Source: a virus (lineage: Duplodnaviria; Caudoviricetes). Taken from it: a stretch of DNA of 39,099 bases. Shown piece after piece: positions 26,013-35,491 of the stretch. Made by a program: the position numbers and the translations under genes. Positions within the stretch are counted from its first letter, which is position 1, and every line of letters begins with the position of its first letter. The notes beneath the pieces were generated by a model that was given only the letters and a program-made list of their open reading frames with translations, was not told the origin of the DNA and ran no database searches. The DNA lies in the IMG/VR virus record IMGVR_UViG_3300017707_001960, positions 1 to 39,099 of that record; one strand, written 5' to 3'.

Positions 26013-26555
26013 ATGGACCGACTGACAGAACTCTTCGCTGACAAGCCCATCTCCTATGCGGGGGCCGGATTGTCGTATGCGGGAGATGCGTCCGGCAATG
26101 CGGTGCTGGTGCCGGAAAGCCCGCTGCGCATCCAGCGGAATGTGGTGGACAGTGACGCGACCAGCGGCGGCAGTCATCCCTTCAAATGCCCGGCCGCCGC
26201 CTCGACCTCCAGCGTGGTGTCAGGCGGCAGCGTGAACGGGCAGAGCGCCACGAACCTGACGCTGAACATCAGCAGCAGCGGCACGCGCTATGTGTATCTC
26301 GATGTCACCATGACGCAGGATGTGTCCAGCGATGGCTATGTGCTGGGCTTTTCTGGGGGCCATACCAACATCACCGCCGCGCTCGCCACCGGCAGCAGCG
26401 TGCCAGCGGACAGCAGCACGCACCTTTACCGTCAAGTCGCCAAGTATGTGGACGGCGTGAAGACCGAGCAGAACATCATCAGCAGCATGGAGGTGGTCAT
26501 CCGCGACGACGGCAGCGGCTCCAGCACCGCCAATGCCATTTGGGGGCAAAGTTAA
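26013..26555 (+). CDS. Putative tail protein
   Basis: S/G/T-rich beta ORF with HPFK motif. Confidence 0.6.
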   Translation: MDRLTELFADKPISYAGAGLSYAGDASGNAVLVPESPLRIQRNVVDSDATSGGSHPFKCPAAASTSSVVSGGSVNGQSATNLTLNISSSGTRYVYLDVTMTQDVSSDGYVLGFSGGHTNITAALATGSSVPADSSTHLYRQVAKYVDGVKTEQNIISSMEVVIRDDGSGSSTANAIWGQS

Positions 26556-26558
26556 ACC

Positions 26559-26984
26559 ATGAGCACGCTGACCGATCCTGTTTCTGACATTGTGCTCATG
26601 GCACGCATCGACTGCCCTGTGGAGTGGAAATGGGAAATCCTGAAGAACGGCAGCGTGGACCAGACCTACACCGAGGCGGACAATTATTACGACTACGGCG
26701 ACACGCTGTTCTTCGGGCCGGGAGATCACTGGTATCTCGACAACGACGGCACGGATGTGTGGGAGACGCGCATCACGCTGAAGCACCTGGGCCATGAGGT
26801 GCCCATGAAAGTGGAGTGGGATTACACCATTCATGATCGCGGCGGCGGGCCGGACACGACGGCCAGCGGCAGCCTGGTGCTGGTGAGCGGCACCGTGACG
26901 CAGACCTTTAGCCCGCCCGGTGTCGATCAGTATTCGATCGGCGGCTTCGACATCAGCAACGTGACTTTCACCGCGCCGACGTGA
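26559..26984 (+). CDS. Hypothetical acidic beta-rich protein
   Basis: ORF in operon. Confidence 0.6.
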   Translation: MSTLTDPVSDIVLMARIDCPVEWKWEILKNGSVDQTYTEADNYYDYGDTLFFGPGDHWYLDNDGTDVWETRITLKHLGHEVPMKVEWDYTIHDRGGGPDTTASGSLVLVSGTVTQTFSPPGVDQYSIGGFDISNVTFTAPT

Positions 26985-27044
26985 TCCCGCTTTGCAACGC
27001 ATCATTTCTTGTTATCTTGAACCTCAACAGCATCACTTCTTCTT

Positions 27045-27986
27045 ATGGCGACTCCCTCCATCTTCAATCGCGGTTATTCGGGCGGCATCGCGGCTCGTGG
27101 TCCTGTGCCGGTGGGGCGTGGGGCGTATGACCTGAACCGGGCCGCCGAGCAGACCTTCCGCCGCACGGGGAACCCGGCCATGCTCATGTCGATGGACTTC
27201 CGCAATCGCCTGGATGAGCGGCGCATGATGCCGATGATGCCGCCGAGCCTGCCGCCGACCATGCAGGCAGGAATGCCCGCATCACCCTCCGCGCCTGCGG
27301 AGCCGAAGGGGAACTGGGTGCCGGGGTTTGGTGGCTCGCAGATTTTTGTCAGGGACCAGCCCGCCGCGCCTGCGACCGCGCCGATGATGCCGGCCATGCC
27401 GGAGCCGCCCGCGCTGAATCCTCCCGCCGCCCGTGCGCAGTCGCAGGGCATGCAGGCGATGCCGCCGCCCATGCCGGTGATGCCGTGGCAGGGCATTTCC
27501 GCGCCCGGAGCGCCGGGCATGGATCGCGCTTTTGGTGGCAGTGTGCCGTTTCAACCGCTGCCGCCTTCGACGCTGGGCGGTGCCACGGGTGTGCCGCCGC
27601 CGCCTGCGCTGGACTTCCGCGCTTTGCCAGGGAATCCGAACTACGGCGTGCCGGTGGTGAATGGCGAGGTGCAAAAGCAATTCCTGCCCATGCCGCCCGC
27701 GCCTTCGCGCAACGCTCCGCTTTCCGCCGAGGAGATGGGCCGCATCACCGCCGCAGGCTTTGAGCCTTACGAAGTCGGCGGCCAGTTCTTCGACGCGAAC
27801 GGCCTGCCCTACCTGCGCCGCATTGCGGCCCCGATGGAAACCGTGCGGATCAACGACGACGGCACGCAGCCCATCACCCGCAAGCAGCCCGTGGGCACCA
27901 CGCCTGCACCTGCGGCGATGCCGAAGCCTGCCGCCCCCGGCATGCAGACCGCGAAGAGCGGTTTCACCTGGAAACCTGTGCAGTGA
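27045..27986 (+). CDS. Pro/Met-rich protein, possible ejection protein
   Basis: Low-complexity ORF upstream of the giant protein. Confidence 0.6.
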   Translation: MATPSIFNRGYSGGIAARGPVPVGRGAYDLNRAAEQTFRRTGNPAMLMSMDFRNRLDERRMMPMMPPSLPPTMQAGMPASPSAPAEPKGNWVPGFGGSQIFVRDQPAAPATAPMMPAMPEPPALNPPAARAQSQGMQAMPPPMPVMPWQGISAPGAPGMDRAFGGSVPFQPLPPSTLGGATGVPPPPALDFRALPGNPNYGVPVVNGEVQKQFLPMPPAPSRNAPLSAEEMGRITAAGFEPYEVGGQFFDANGLPYLRRIAAPMETVRINDDGTQPITRKQPVGTTPAPAAMPKPAAPGMQTAKSGFTWKPVQ

Positions 27987-27995
27987 TCCATCCTC

Positions 27996-30900
27996 ATGCC
28001 ACGCTACGAACTCACCTCCGCCCACACGGGCAAGACCTACGTCATCGAAGGCGAGGGCCAGCCGACCGACGACGACATGATCGACATCGGCCGGCAGCTC
28101 GATGAGCAGACGGCGCGGCAGGCGGGGATTGATCCCGCGCTGCTTCAGCAGACACCTGCGGGCACGGTGGCAAACACGGTGCGGAACATCGGGCCGGAGT
28201 TTGTCGATATGGCCGTGGGCGGACTGGCGAAGCTGAACGAGACGCTGGGCCGCTCCCCGCTGGGCATCGTCTCCCCGCTGGCGCTGGCAAACCGGGCCAC
28301 GGAAATGGTGACGGGCATCAACCCGCTGGCACGCACCGCCGAGGCCACGCAGGTGATCCGCGAAACGGGCGAGGACATGCGCCCCGTGAACCCGTTCAAC
28401 CCGACTGCCCGGACCATCGGCAGCGCGATCAATCAAGTCGGCGGCATGGTGGCGACGGGCGGACTTGCTACCGCCGCAGGCATGGCCCCGGCCACCGCGA
28501 TGACAGCCATCCCTGGCGGCATCGGCTTCGCCGCAGGCGCAGGCCAGGGCATCGACACCGCCCGTCAAATGGGCATCACCGACCCGACCGCGCAGGCGGG
28601 CATGGGCATGGCCTTTGGCGGTGTGGAGATGGCGACCGAGCGACTGGGCGGTATCGGCGGCGACGTCGTGAACCGTTTCATCCGGCCGCAATCCCTGCTG
28701 GGCCGTGCCGCGCTGAATGTGGCGAGCGAATCCGTAGAAGAAAATGTGGCGGGCCGTGCGCAGGATGCAGTCACGGTAGGGGCAGGTCAATTCGTGTCGG
28801 ACCCCAACCGCCCCGGCTTCACCCGCAGCGGCTTCGAGTTGCCGAGCCTGAACCCGCTGAATCCGCAGACCCTTGAGCGCATGAAGCAGGAGGCCATCGG
28901 CGGCGCTGCTGGCGGCGTCGTGTTCAGCGGACTGCAAGCCCTTTCCCCTTCTGCCAGCGTAACCAAGGAATCCGGTCCGACTGCCGATCAAACCGTGCAG
29001 CAAGCCGCCGGTGCGGGTTTGAGTCCCGCCGCTGGCTCCCCTTCCCCTTCCCCGCTCGGCGGCATCGCCCGCAGGGCCGGAACGGTGGATGTGGCGCCGC
29101 TGGTGCCGGGGCTGGAGGAGGACACGGGGGCGCTGACGATGGCGGAGGTGGCGGGGCTGGAGCCAGTTTCAAGTTCCACGTTTCAAGTTTCAAGTCCGGA
29201 GACCGGCAGCCAGCGGCAGGCGATTTTGACGAATGTGCCGGACGCGGTGACGCAGCCGGACAACGGACCCGCGCAAACCATCACTGGCTCCAATGTGCAA
29301 ACGGGCACTGAAATGCCAGTGCCGCCCCCGACTGCGGACGCAGGTGCCGGGGCGGGCGCAACCGTGCCGGGTGCGCAGGGGGTAGGACAAGCAATGTCCG
29401 ACACCGCGCCCGACTCGCAGCTTGACGGACTGCGCACGCAGGAGGTGCCGGTGGGCAGTCTGCGTTTGTCCAAGGACGTGCCGCAGTTCAAGAGCGACGC
29501 GGACGAGGAAACCGGTGTGGTGGAACCGCTGGCGGGCAAGTATCAACGGCTCGGCACGGGGCCGATCCTTGTCTGGGAACGGCTGGACGGCCGCCGCGAG
29601 GTCATTAGCGGGCGGCATCGTTTTGATCTTGCCAAACGCACCGGAGAGCAGACAATCCCGGCGCAGGTCGTGCGCGAGGCGGACGGCTTCACCGTTCAAA
29701 TGGCGGTGACGGCGGACGCAGAACTTAACATTCGAGACGGTCATGGAAAAACCAAGGACTTTGCCAACTACTTCCGCGCCAGCGGCACCACGGACACCGA
29801 AGCAGAAAGCCGAGGCTTACTCGCACGCGCTGCGGGCAAGGCTGGGTGGAGCATCGGCACTCAGGGAAGCCAGGAACTCTTTGATCTACACCAGAACGGC
29901 CGGCTGACGGATGCGCAGGCCGCTGCGGTGGCCCGCACGGCTCCCGGCAACGAGGCGCTGCAACGCGCTGGCATCGCCGCGCTGAACCGTGGCACGCCCA
30001 TTGATGTCACGGTCAATCTGATGCGGGCGCTGGAGCTGCAAACCGGCCCGGCTCCGACCGCCGACCAGCTCGACCTCTTTGGCGCGGATGATTCGATGAT
30101 GCTGCGCATGGAGGAGCAGGCGAAGAAGGCGACCGAGATCCAGCGCGGACTGAAGGAGCAGGTGGCCGCCGTGCAAGGCGCGGCCAAACGCCCGGAGCAG
30201 GCCCGCAAGCTGGGCGTGAATGTGAAAGACCCGGACGGCGTGCGCAAGCGGGTGGAAGAACTCAAGGCGCTGCTCTACCGCTGGGAATCCTGGCCGCTGC
30301 ATGCGGACCTGCGAGCGCAAGTCACAGGCGAAACGCAGGCGCCTGCGATGCAACTGGAAAGCGTGAGCGCGGAACAACTGGCCGAGGAGCAACGCCAGCG
30401 CGAGCAACGCGCCCGACTCGATGCCGGCCAGGCCGCGCCCCTCACCGGCACCGCAGGCGAATACGGCACGCCTGACATGCTCGACAATACGGCTGGAGAC
30501 ATGGCGCTGTTCAATCAATCGCCGACTCTTCTCCTTCCCGCTCGGAACTTCACGGGCGGGCTGGCGCAGCAGCTCGAAGGGAGCGCGGCCACTCTTGGCC
30601 GCAATGCAGCGCGAAGCACCAGGAACCCAGAACCCATCACCCCTAACTCTTCACTTTCGTCTGCCTACGCCCAAGCCTCACGCGGCAGCAGCAGCGCGAT
30701 GGTGCCGATCTCCCGCGTCTATGAGCAGGTGAAGGCGCAGAACCCGGCGCTGACGGTGCCGCAGTTTCTGGCCGAGGTGCAGGCGGCGGACCAGCGCGGC
30801 GAGGTGCTGCTGGAGCCGTTCGATTCCCCGCAGGGCTTGCAAGCGGCGGGCGAGTTCACCGTGCGCAATGCCAGCGGGGTGCCGTCGATCAACATGGCGG

Positions 30901-33900
30901 TGACATCTCCAAGTCTCCCCGTCTCCCCATCTCCAAGTCTGGCATCCCCCGCCGAACTCAAAGCGGCGCAGAAGTCCAACGAATCCAAGCTCGCCGCGCT
31001 CGGGCTGCCGGTGAAGCCGGGAACGCGGATCTGGGCGGCGGCGAAGATGCGGGCGGCGCTGGGGAAAATCGCCAAGGATGGCAGTTATCCGGCGACGATG
31101 CGGGCGATGGCCGATTTGCTCACCCGGGTGAATCTGGACAACCTGCTGCTAAAAGTCGAAGCCGATGCGCGGCTGAACTTTGCCGGGAAGTATCAGCCTT
31201 ACAACGACGGGCGCGGCGAGATCAGCCTGAACACCCGCGTGACGGGACGGGGAGACACGGACATCGTGCAAAGCCTGGTGCATGAGTTGCTGCATCATGC
31301 GACCTACCGCGCCCTGCGCAGTCCGAAGAACGCCACGCAGAAGGGGGCTATCGCCGACCTCGAAGCCCTGCGCAAACGTGCCCTGGCCGCGCTGAGTGCG
31401 CAGGAGCAGGGACGCCAGTTTGACTACGAGCTGAGCAACACGGACGAGTTCATCGCGGCGCTGTTTACCCGTGCTGATTTCCAGACCGCGCTGGCCGGCA
31501 TCCCGGCCGACTCCGCGCCGAAGTCCCTCACCCAGCGCGTGCGCAGCGTGCTCGATGAAATTTTCCGCGTGCTCGGCGAACTCGTGACCGGCAGGAAGGT
31601 GGAACCCGGCAGCGTGCTGGAGGCCAGTTTCTCCGCGACGCTGAGGCTGATGGGACAGACCGCCGCCGCTGGCGGAATGACAAATGGCGAAGGACGAATG
31701 ACGAATGACGCGGCGCTGCTGAATCCGGCCGCGCCTGCACCGAATGAAACACGCTCCCGTTTTGCATCGCCGAACGCGGCGGATCGTGTGATCAACGGGC
31801 CGCGCACGGATGCGCAGGTGGCGGACGAGGCGCGGGCCTGGCTGGGCAGCGTGGACCAGCAGACGGCGATCGAAGCCTTCGCGTCGCAAGCCGTGCCGCT
31901 GCCGCTGGATGCGCAGGAGCACGCGGCGGCGGTGCTCATCAAGGATCTGAGCGAGCAGGCCGCGAAGGGCGGCACGGAGGTGCAGCGGATGTGGGCGCAT
32001 GTGCAGGGCCAGCGCATGGCGCGGATCTGGACCAAGGAATTTCTCTCCGCCGATCCAGCCCGTGCCCTGCGCCAGCGCGGCGTGGTGAATAACACGATCC
32101 TGCAACCTATCGCGCCGATTCTGGCAGCGCAGGAAACGCTCATCGACCGGGCCGAGGCGGTGGGCAAGACGCGCTTTGACGGTGGCTGGGAGGGACTGGT
32201 GCAGAAGATCAATGACCTACTGAAGCGCATCGAAAATCTCGTGGCCGGCACGGCGGCGGAGAAGATCGCCAAGGGTGACAGCACGCCGTCCCTCAAAACG
32301 CTGCTCAACAACCTGCGCCGGAAGATGTATCCGGGCATGGACTGGACCGAAATCTTCACCGATCTGCCGAGCTCACAGAAGCAGCGGCAGTTTGCCATTT
32401 ATGAGCGTCTGATGAAGGACGAGCGGCTGCAAGGGCTGACGCCGCAGGAGCGTCTAGATTTGACGAACGAACTCGACAAGGCATGGCAGCGTGAGCGGCG
32501 CGAGGTTTTCAAACGGGAGCTGCGCAAGGCGGGCATTCTGGGCGAGAAGGACGCGGGCGACCGCGTGAAGGTGACGAATGCGATGCCGAAGCTGCTGCGG
32601 TTGGTGAACCTGGGCATGTTTAACTCGGCGATGTTCCGCGAGGTGATCGCGCCCCAGTATGGCCTGAAGGTGATCGACTCGACCACGGCGGCACGCCTGC
32701 GCGGGATGGCCGAGGCAGCTTATGCGCAGCCGGAAGGCGTGCTGCGGAATCGCAAGCTGGGCGAACTGCTGAACGCGATGCAATCCGCCACGGGCAGCAC
32801 GCTGGCGGAGCTGGTGAATAGCTACTGGACGGCGGCGGTGCTGAGCGGCACGCGGACGCAGTGGGACACCTGGATGGCTTTCACCAACGGCATGGGCACG
32901 AACCTGCTGCAAGCGGCCGGGCTGCTGGCACGCGGTCGTGGCAAGGACGCGGTGGCGGCGCATGCGGCGTGGTGGCGCGGGCTGCTGGACGGCATGCGCG
33001 AGAGCCTGCAAATCCTGGCGAAAGGCGATTACTCGGTGCTTAAACGCTTTGGCACGGATCTGAACAAGGCGCTGCAAGGGGAGAGCGGATTCCGCCCGGT
33101 GCCGCTGGGTGAAAGCCTGTGGCAGAACGGGAACACCTGGCAGAAATACTTCATGGCTCCCGTGATGATCTGGACGGGCCGCCTGATGGCCGCCGCCGAC
33201 CATGTGAACAACACCGCGACGACGGCGGGAGCGATGGCCGTGGCGCGGGCGCTGCATCCTGAGTTTTACGGCCGGACGACGTTTAGCGCCACTGACCGGG
33301 CCAATGCACGGGCGCAGGCTTTGCGCGAGGTGACGGGCGGTGCCGAGCCGGTGACGGCGGCGGACAAGGCGACGGTGAGCGTGCGTGTGCGTGAACTGCT
33401 CTACGGCAGCATGCGCGAGCCGGAACGGCTGGAGGCGAACGAGATCGGCGACATGGCCGCCTTCCAGAATGATCCCACGGGCATTTTCGGCACCATCTAC
33501 GCGGCGATGAAAGCCGGGCTGGGCACGGTGCAGCGCGGCCTGGAGGACTATGCGCAGGACATGCAGGCGAGCCAATGGACACGGGCCGCCGCGGGCCTGA
33601 TGGCGGGCAGTTTGCACGGGCTGACGGGCACGCGGTTCATGCGCTTCGGCTTTAACTTTGGCGCGGAGCTGACGCGCTATGTGCCGGGCACGGCGCTGCT
33701 GGACAAGACTTTCAAGGGCGCGGTGTATGGCCGCGACGCAGGACCGATGCAGCGCGAGCTGCTGCTCGGCAAGAACGTGATCGGTCTGATGCTGGGCAGC
33801 ACGCTGGCGGCGCTGTTCCTGAACAGGGACGACGATGACGAGGGCTGGCAGATTGAGGGCGACTGGAGCGGGCTGACACCGCAGCAGGTGAAGGAGCGCA

Positions 33901-34715
33901 TGAGCGCCGGGCTGGAGCGCATGACGATGTGGAAGCGTGACGGTGACACGGTGCGCCGGGTGTCCTACAAGCAATGGCCGACGATGGGCCTTTTTGCCGT
34001 GGTGGGCGGCATGCTGGACGAGAAGCGCCACAAGCCTGCGCAATGGGCACAGCACGGCCCGGCGGGCCACCTGGGCCGCGCCCTGGGCACGGGCATGCTG
34101 CAAATCAAGAACGTGTCCGCGATGCGCAATCTGGTGGAGTTGTTCGGGGGCACTCGCTTTGCGGGTGATCCGAGCACGGGCATCATTGACGACGTGGTGA
34201 AGACGGCGACGAACTTTGCCGGGGGCTTTGTGCCCACGGCGCTGAAGGACGCGGAGATCTGGCAAGCCCCGCGCAATTTCAAAGCCGAGGGCTGGCTGGA
34301 GGAACTGCAACGCAGCACGCCGATTGCCCGCCGCTTTGTGAACGACGGCCGCCCCCAGCTCAATCTGCTGGGCGAGGAAGTGAAACTGCAACGCGCCCCC
34401 TGGAGCCGGACGATCACAAGCGTGGAAAGCAGCGAGGCCAGCCGCGTGCTGGGCGCCTTGCTGGGCCGTGGCCTGAACCTGCCGCAGCCGAGCGATGCCG
34501 TGCATGTGGTGCAGAACGGCGTGAAGGTGCCGCTGGAGACGCTGGGCCGCGAGAAGGTGTGGCAATACGAGAAGGCCGTGGGCACCGCCTACAAGCAATG
34601 GCTGGCCGCCGAGGGCACGACGCTGCTGCAAATGCCCGTGAAGCAGGCCGCCAAGGTGATCGAGCAACGGGCGGCAAGCATCAAGCGGCAGGCATTGGCG
34701 CGGGTGGTGCGGTGA
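27996..34715 (+). CDS. Giant (2239 aa) internal virion/polyvalent protein with ParB-like and zincin domains
   Basis: G/A-rich N-terminus; GPILVWERLDGRREVISGRHRF (ParB-like); HELLHH...DEFIA (zincin). Confidence 0.75.
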   Translation: MPRYELTSAHTGKTYVIEGEGQPTDDDMIDIGRQLDEQTARQAGIDPALLQQTPAGTVANTVRNIGPEFVDMAVGGLAKLNETLGRSPLGIVSPLALANRATEMVTGINPLARTAEATQVIRETGEDMRPVNPFNPTARTIGSAINQVGGMVATGGLATAAGMAPATAMTAIPGGIGFAAGAGQGIDTARQMGITDPTAQAGMGMAFGGVEMATERLGGIGGDVVNRFIRPQSLLGRAALNVASESVEENVAGRAQDAVTVGAGQFVSDPNRPGFTRSGFELPSLNPLNPQTLERMKQEAIGGAAGGVVFSGLQALSPSASVTKESGPTADQTVQQAAGAGLSPAAGSPSPSPLGGIARRAGTVDVAPLVPGLEEDTGALTMAEVAGLEPVSSSTFQVSSPETGSQRQAILTNVPDAVTQPDNGPAQTITGSNVQTGTEMPVPPPTADAGAGAGATVPGAQGVGQAMSDTAPDSQLDGLRTQEVPVGSLRLSKDVPQFKSDADEETGVVEPLAGKYQRLGTGPILVWERLDGRREVISGRHRFDLAKRTGEQTIPAQVVREADGFTVQMAVTADAELNIRDGHGKTKDFANYFRASGTTDTEAESRGLLARAAGKAGWSIGTQGSQELFDLHQNGRLTDAQAAAVARTAPGNEALQRAGIAALNRGTPIDVTVNLMRALELQTGPAPTADQLDLFGADDSMMLRMEEQAKKATEIQRGLKEQVAAVQGAAKRPEQARKLGVNVKDPDGVRKRVEELKALLYRWESWPLHADLRAQVTGETQAPAMQLESVSAEQLAEEQRQREQRARLDAGQAAPLTGTAGEYGTPDMLDNTAGDMALFNQSPTLLLPARNFTGGLAQQLEGSAATLGRNAARSTRNPEPITPNSSLSSAYAQASRGSSSAMVPISRVYEQVKAQNPALTVPQFLAEVQAADQRGEVLLEPFDSPQGLQAAGEFTVRNASGVPSINMAVTSPSLPVSPSPSLASPAELKAAQKSNESKLAALGLPVKPGTRIWAAAKMRAALGKIAKDGSYPATMRAMADLLTRVNLDNLLLKVEADARLNFAGKYQPYNDGRGEISLNTRVTGRGDTDIVQSLVHELLHHATYRALRSPKNATQKGAIADLEALRKRALAALSAQEQGRQFDYELSNTDEFIAALFTRADFQTALAGIPADSAPKSLTQRVRSVLDEIFRVLGELVTGRKVEPGSVLEASFSATLRLMGQTAAAGGMTNGEGRMTNDAALLNPAAPAPNETRSRFASPNAADRVINGPRTDAQVADEARAWLGSVDQQTAIEAFASQAVPLPLDAQEHAAAVLIKDLSEQAAKGGTEVQRMWAHVQGQRMARIWTKEFLSADPARALRQRGVVNNTILQPIAPILAAQETLIDRAEAVGKTRFDGGWEGLVQKINDLLKRIENLVAGTAAEKIAKGDSTPSLKTLLNNLRRKMYPGMDWTEIFTDLPSSQKQRQFAIYERLMKDERLQGLTPQERLDLTNELDKAWQRERREVFKRELRKAGILGEKDAGDRVKVTNAMPKLLRLVNLGMFNSAMFREVIAPQYGLKVIDSTTAARLRGMAEAAYAQPEGVLRNRKLGELLNAMQSATGSTLAELVNSYWTAAVLSGTRTQWDTWMAFTNGMGTNLLQAAGLLARGRGKDAVAAHAAWWRGLLDGMRESLQILAKGDYSVLKRFGTDLNKALQGESGFRPVPLGESLWQNGNTWQKYFMAPVMIWTGRLMAAADHVNNTATTAGAMAVARALHPEFYGRTTFSATDRANARAQALREVTGGAEPVTAADKATVSVRVRELLYGSMREPERLEANEIGDMAAFQNDPTGIFGTIYAAMKAGLGTVQRGLEDYAQDMQASQWTRAAAGLMAGSLHGLTGTRFMRFGFNFGAELTRYVPGTALLDKTFKGAVYGRDAGPMQRELLLGKNVIGLMLGSTLAALFLNRDDDDEGWQIEGDWSGLTPQQVKERMSAGLERMTMWKRDGDTVRRVSYKQWPTMGLFAVVGGMLDEKRHKPAQWAQHGPAGHLGRALGTGMLQIKNVSAMRNLVELFGGTRFAGDPSTGIIDDVVKTATNFAGGFVPTALKDAEIWQAPRNFKAEGWLEELQRSTPIARRFVNDGRPQLNLLGEEVKLQRAPWSRTITSVESSEASRVLGALLGRGLNLPQPSDAVHVVQNGVKVPLETLGREKVWQYEKAVGTAYKQWLAAEGTTLLQMPVKQAAKVIEQRAASIKRQALARVVR

Positions 34716-34742
34716 GTTGACAGACGTGTTAGGGTGGAGGCC

Positions 34743-34982
34743 ATGAAACGCTTCACCCTCTCTATCATTGTGCTTGCATCGCTGGCGCTGCATGCCAACA
34801 CGCCCCCGAGTACCGACGCGGCGCAGGTGATGCGTTACCAGTGCGTGGCCGGCACCGTTCACGGCCTGACGAAAGCCGAGGACCGGCCCGCCACCTTCCG
34901 CATCGACACAGCGACCTGGATCGAGGTGCATGAGGTCAATGGCGAGCTTTACCGGGCGGCGATGCAGAGCATGAACAAGTAG
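34743..34982 (+). CDS. Small exported protein
   Basis: Signal peptide MKRFTLSIIVLASLALHA; GGAGG RBS; upstream TTGACA. Confidence 0.55.
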   Translation: MKRFTLSIIVLASLALHANTPPSTDAAQVMRYQCVAGTVHGLTKAEDRPATFRIDTATWIEVHEVNGELYRAAMQSMNK

Positions 34983-34993
34983 TCCTGCTAAAC

Positions 34994-35269
34994 TGTGGCA
35001 AAACGTGTGACATGGCGTGTTTTCAGGTGACGCAATGCGTTTATCTTCAAAGTATTGCATCAAATGGCACATCGGTCTTAAAATCCGCTGCCGTGAAAAC
35101 GGCTTGAGGGTTCGAGTCCCTTCATCGGCATCGTGATTTGAGGCGCTGCGTAGGGGGAATGGGGTAGGGTGCGGGGTGTGGAGGGTAGTTAAGAGGCTGG
35201 CGTGATGTGGTATATTGCGGCATATGTTGCTTGCGTGGTGTGACATGGAGTGTTACAAAGTGTGACATG
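34994..35269. repeat. Integrase arm-type repeats flanking attP
   Basis: TGTGGCA (34994), GTGTGACATGG (35005, 35238), GTGTTACA (35250), GTGTGACATG (35260). Confidence 0.65.
35077..35130 (+). other. attP core: 3' half of tRNA-Leu(TAA)
   Basis: CTTAAAA anticodon loop, TCCGC, variable arm GCCGT-GAAA-ACGGC, T arm GAGGG-TTCGAGT-CCCTT, CATCGGC-A; no 5' half; integrase adjacent. Confidence 0.85.
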
Positions 35270-35491
35270 AAGCTGAAACCTTTTTGGACTTTGGAGATGC
35301 AAGCGAGGCTGGATGGCCTGCGGGCATGGAATCTATGGGCGGCGCAAGGCGGGCTGCGGGGCAAGCCGTCGCGGCTGGCTTTGCGGGCCAGGGAGATCGC
35401 GGAGGCGCGGAGGGCGCTGGCGGAGGTGTATGCGGCGCTGGACCGGGTGTTTCCGCTGGGTTTGACTTGGGTGAAGGAGGGTGCAGTATGA
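35267..35491 (+). CDS. Small hypothetical protein
   Basis: ATGA overlap with the integrase gene. Confidence 0.4.
   Translation: MKLKPFWTLEMQARLDGLRAWNLWAAQGGLRGKPSRLALRAREIAEARRALAEVYAALDRVFPLGLTWVKEGAV

Noticed and set aside
35040-35135. Functional tRNA-Leu gene
   Set aside because: No D arm or 5' acceptor strand complementary to CATCGGC, and the 5' anticodon stem is mismatched; treated as attP
35150-35190. G-quadruplex-like G-rich tract (also 1825-1935)
   Set aside because: G-runs are present but nothing else supports a function in this GC-rich genome
32454-35246. 930-aa minus-strand ORF and other long antisense ORFs (14807-16291, 18033-19316, 27282-29003, 10520-11944)
   Set aside because: Shadow frames of GC-rich genes on the opposite strand; R/H/A-rich with no motifs
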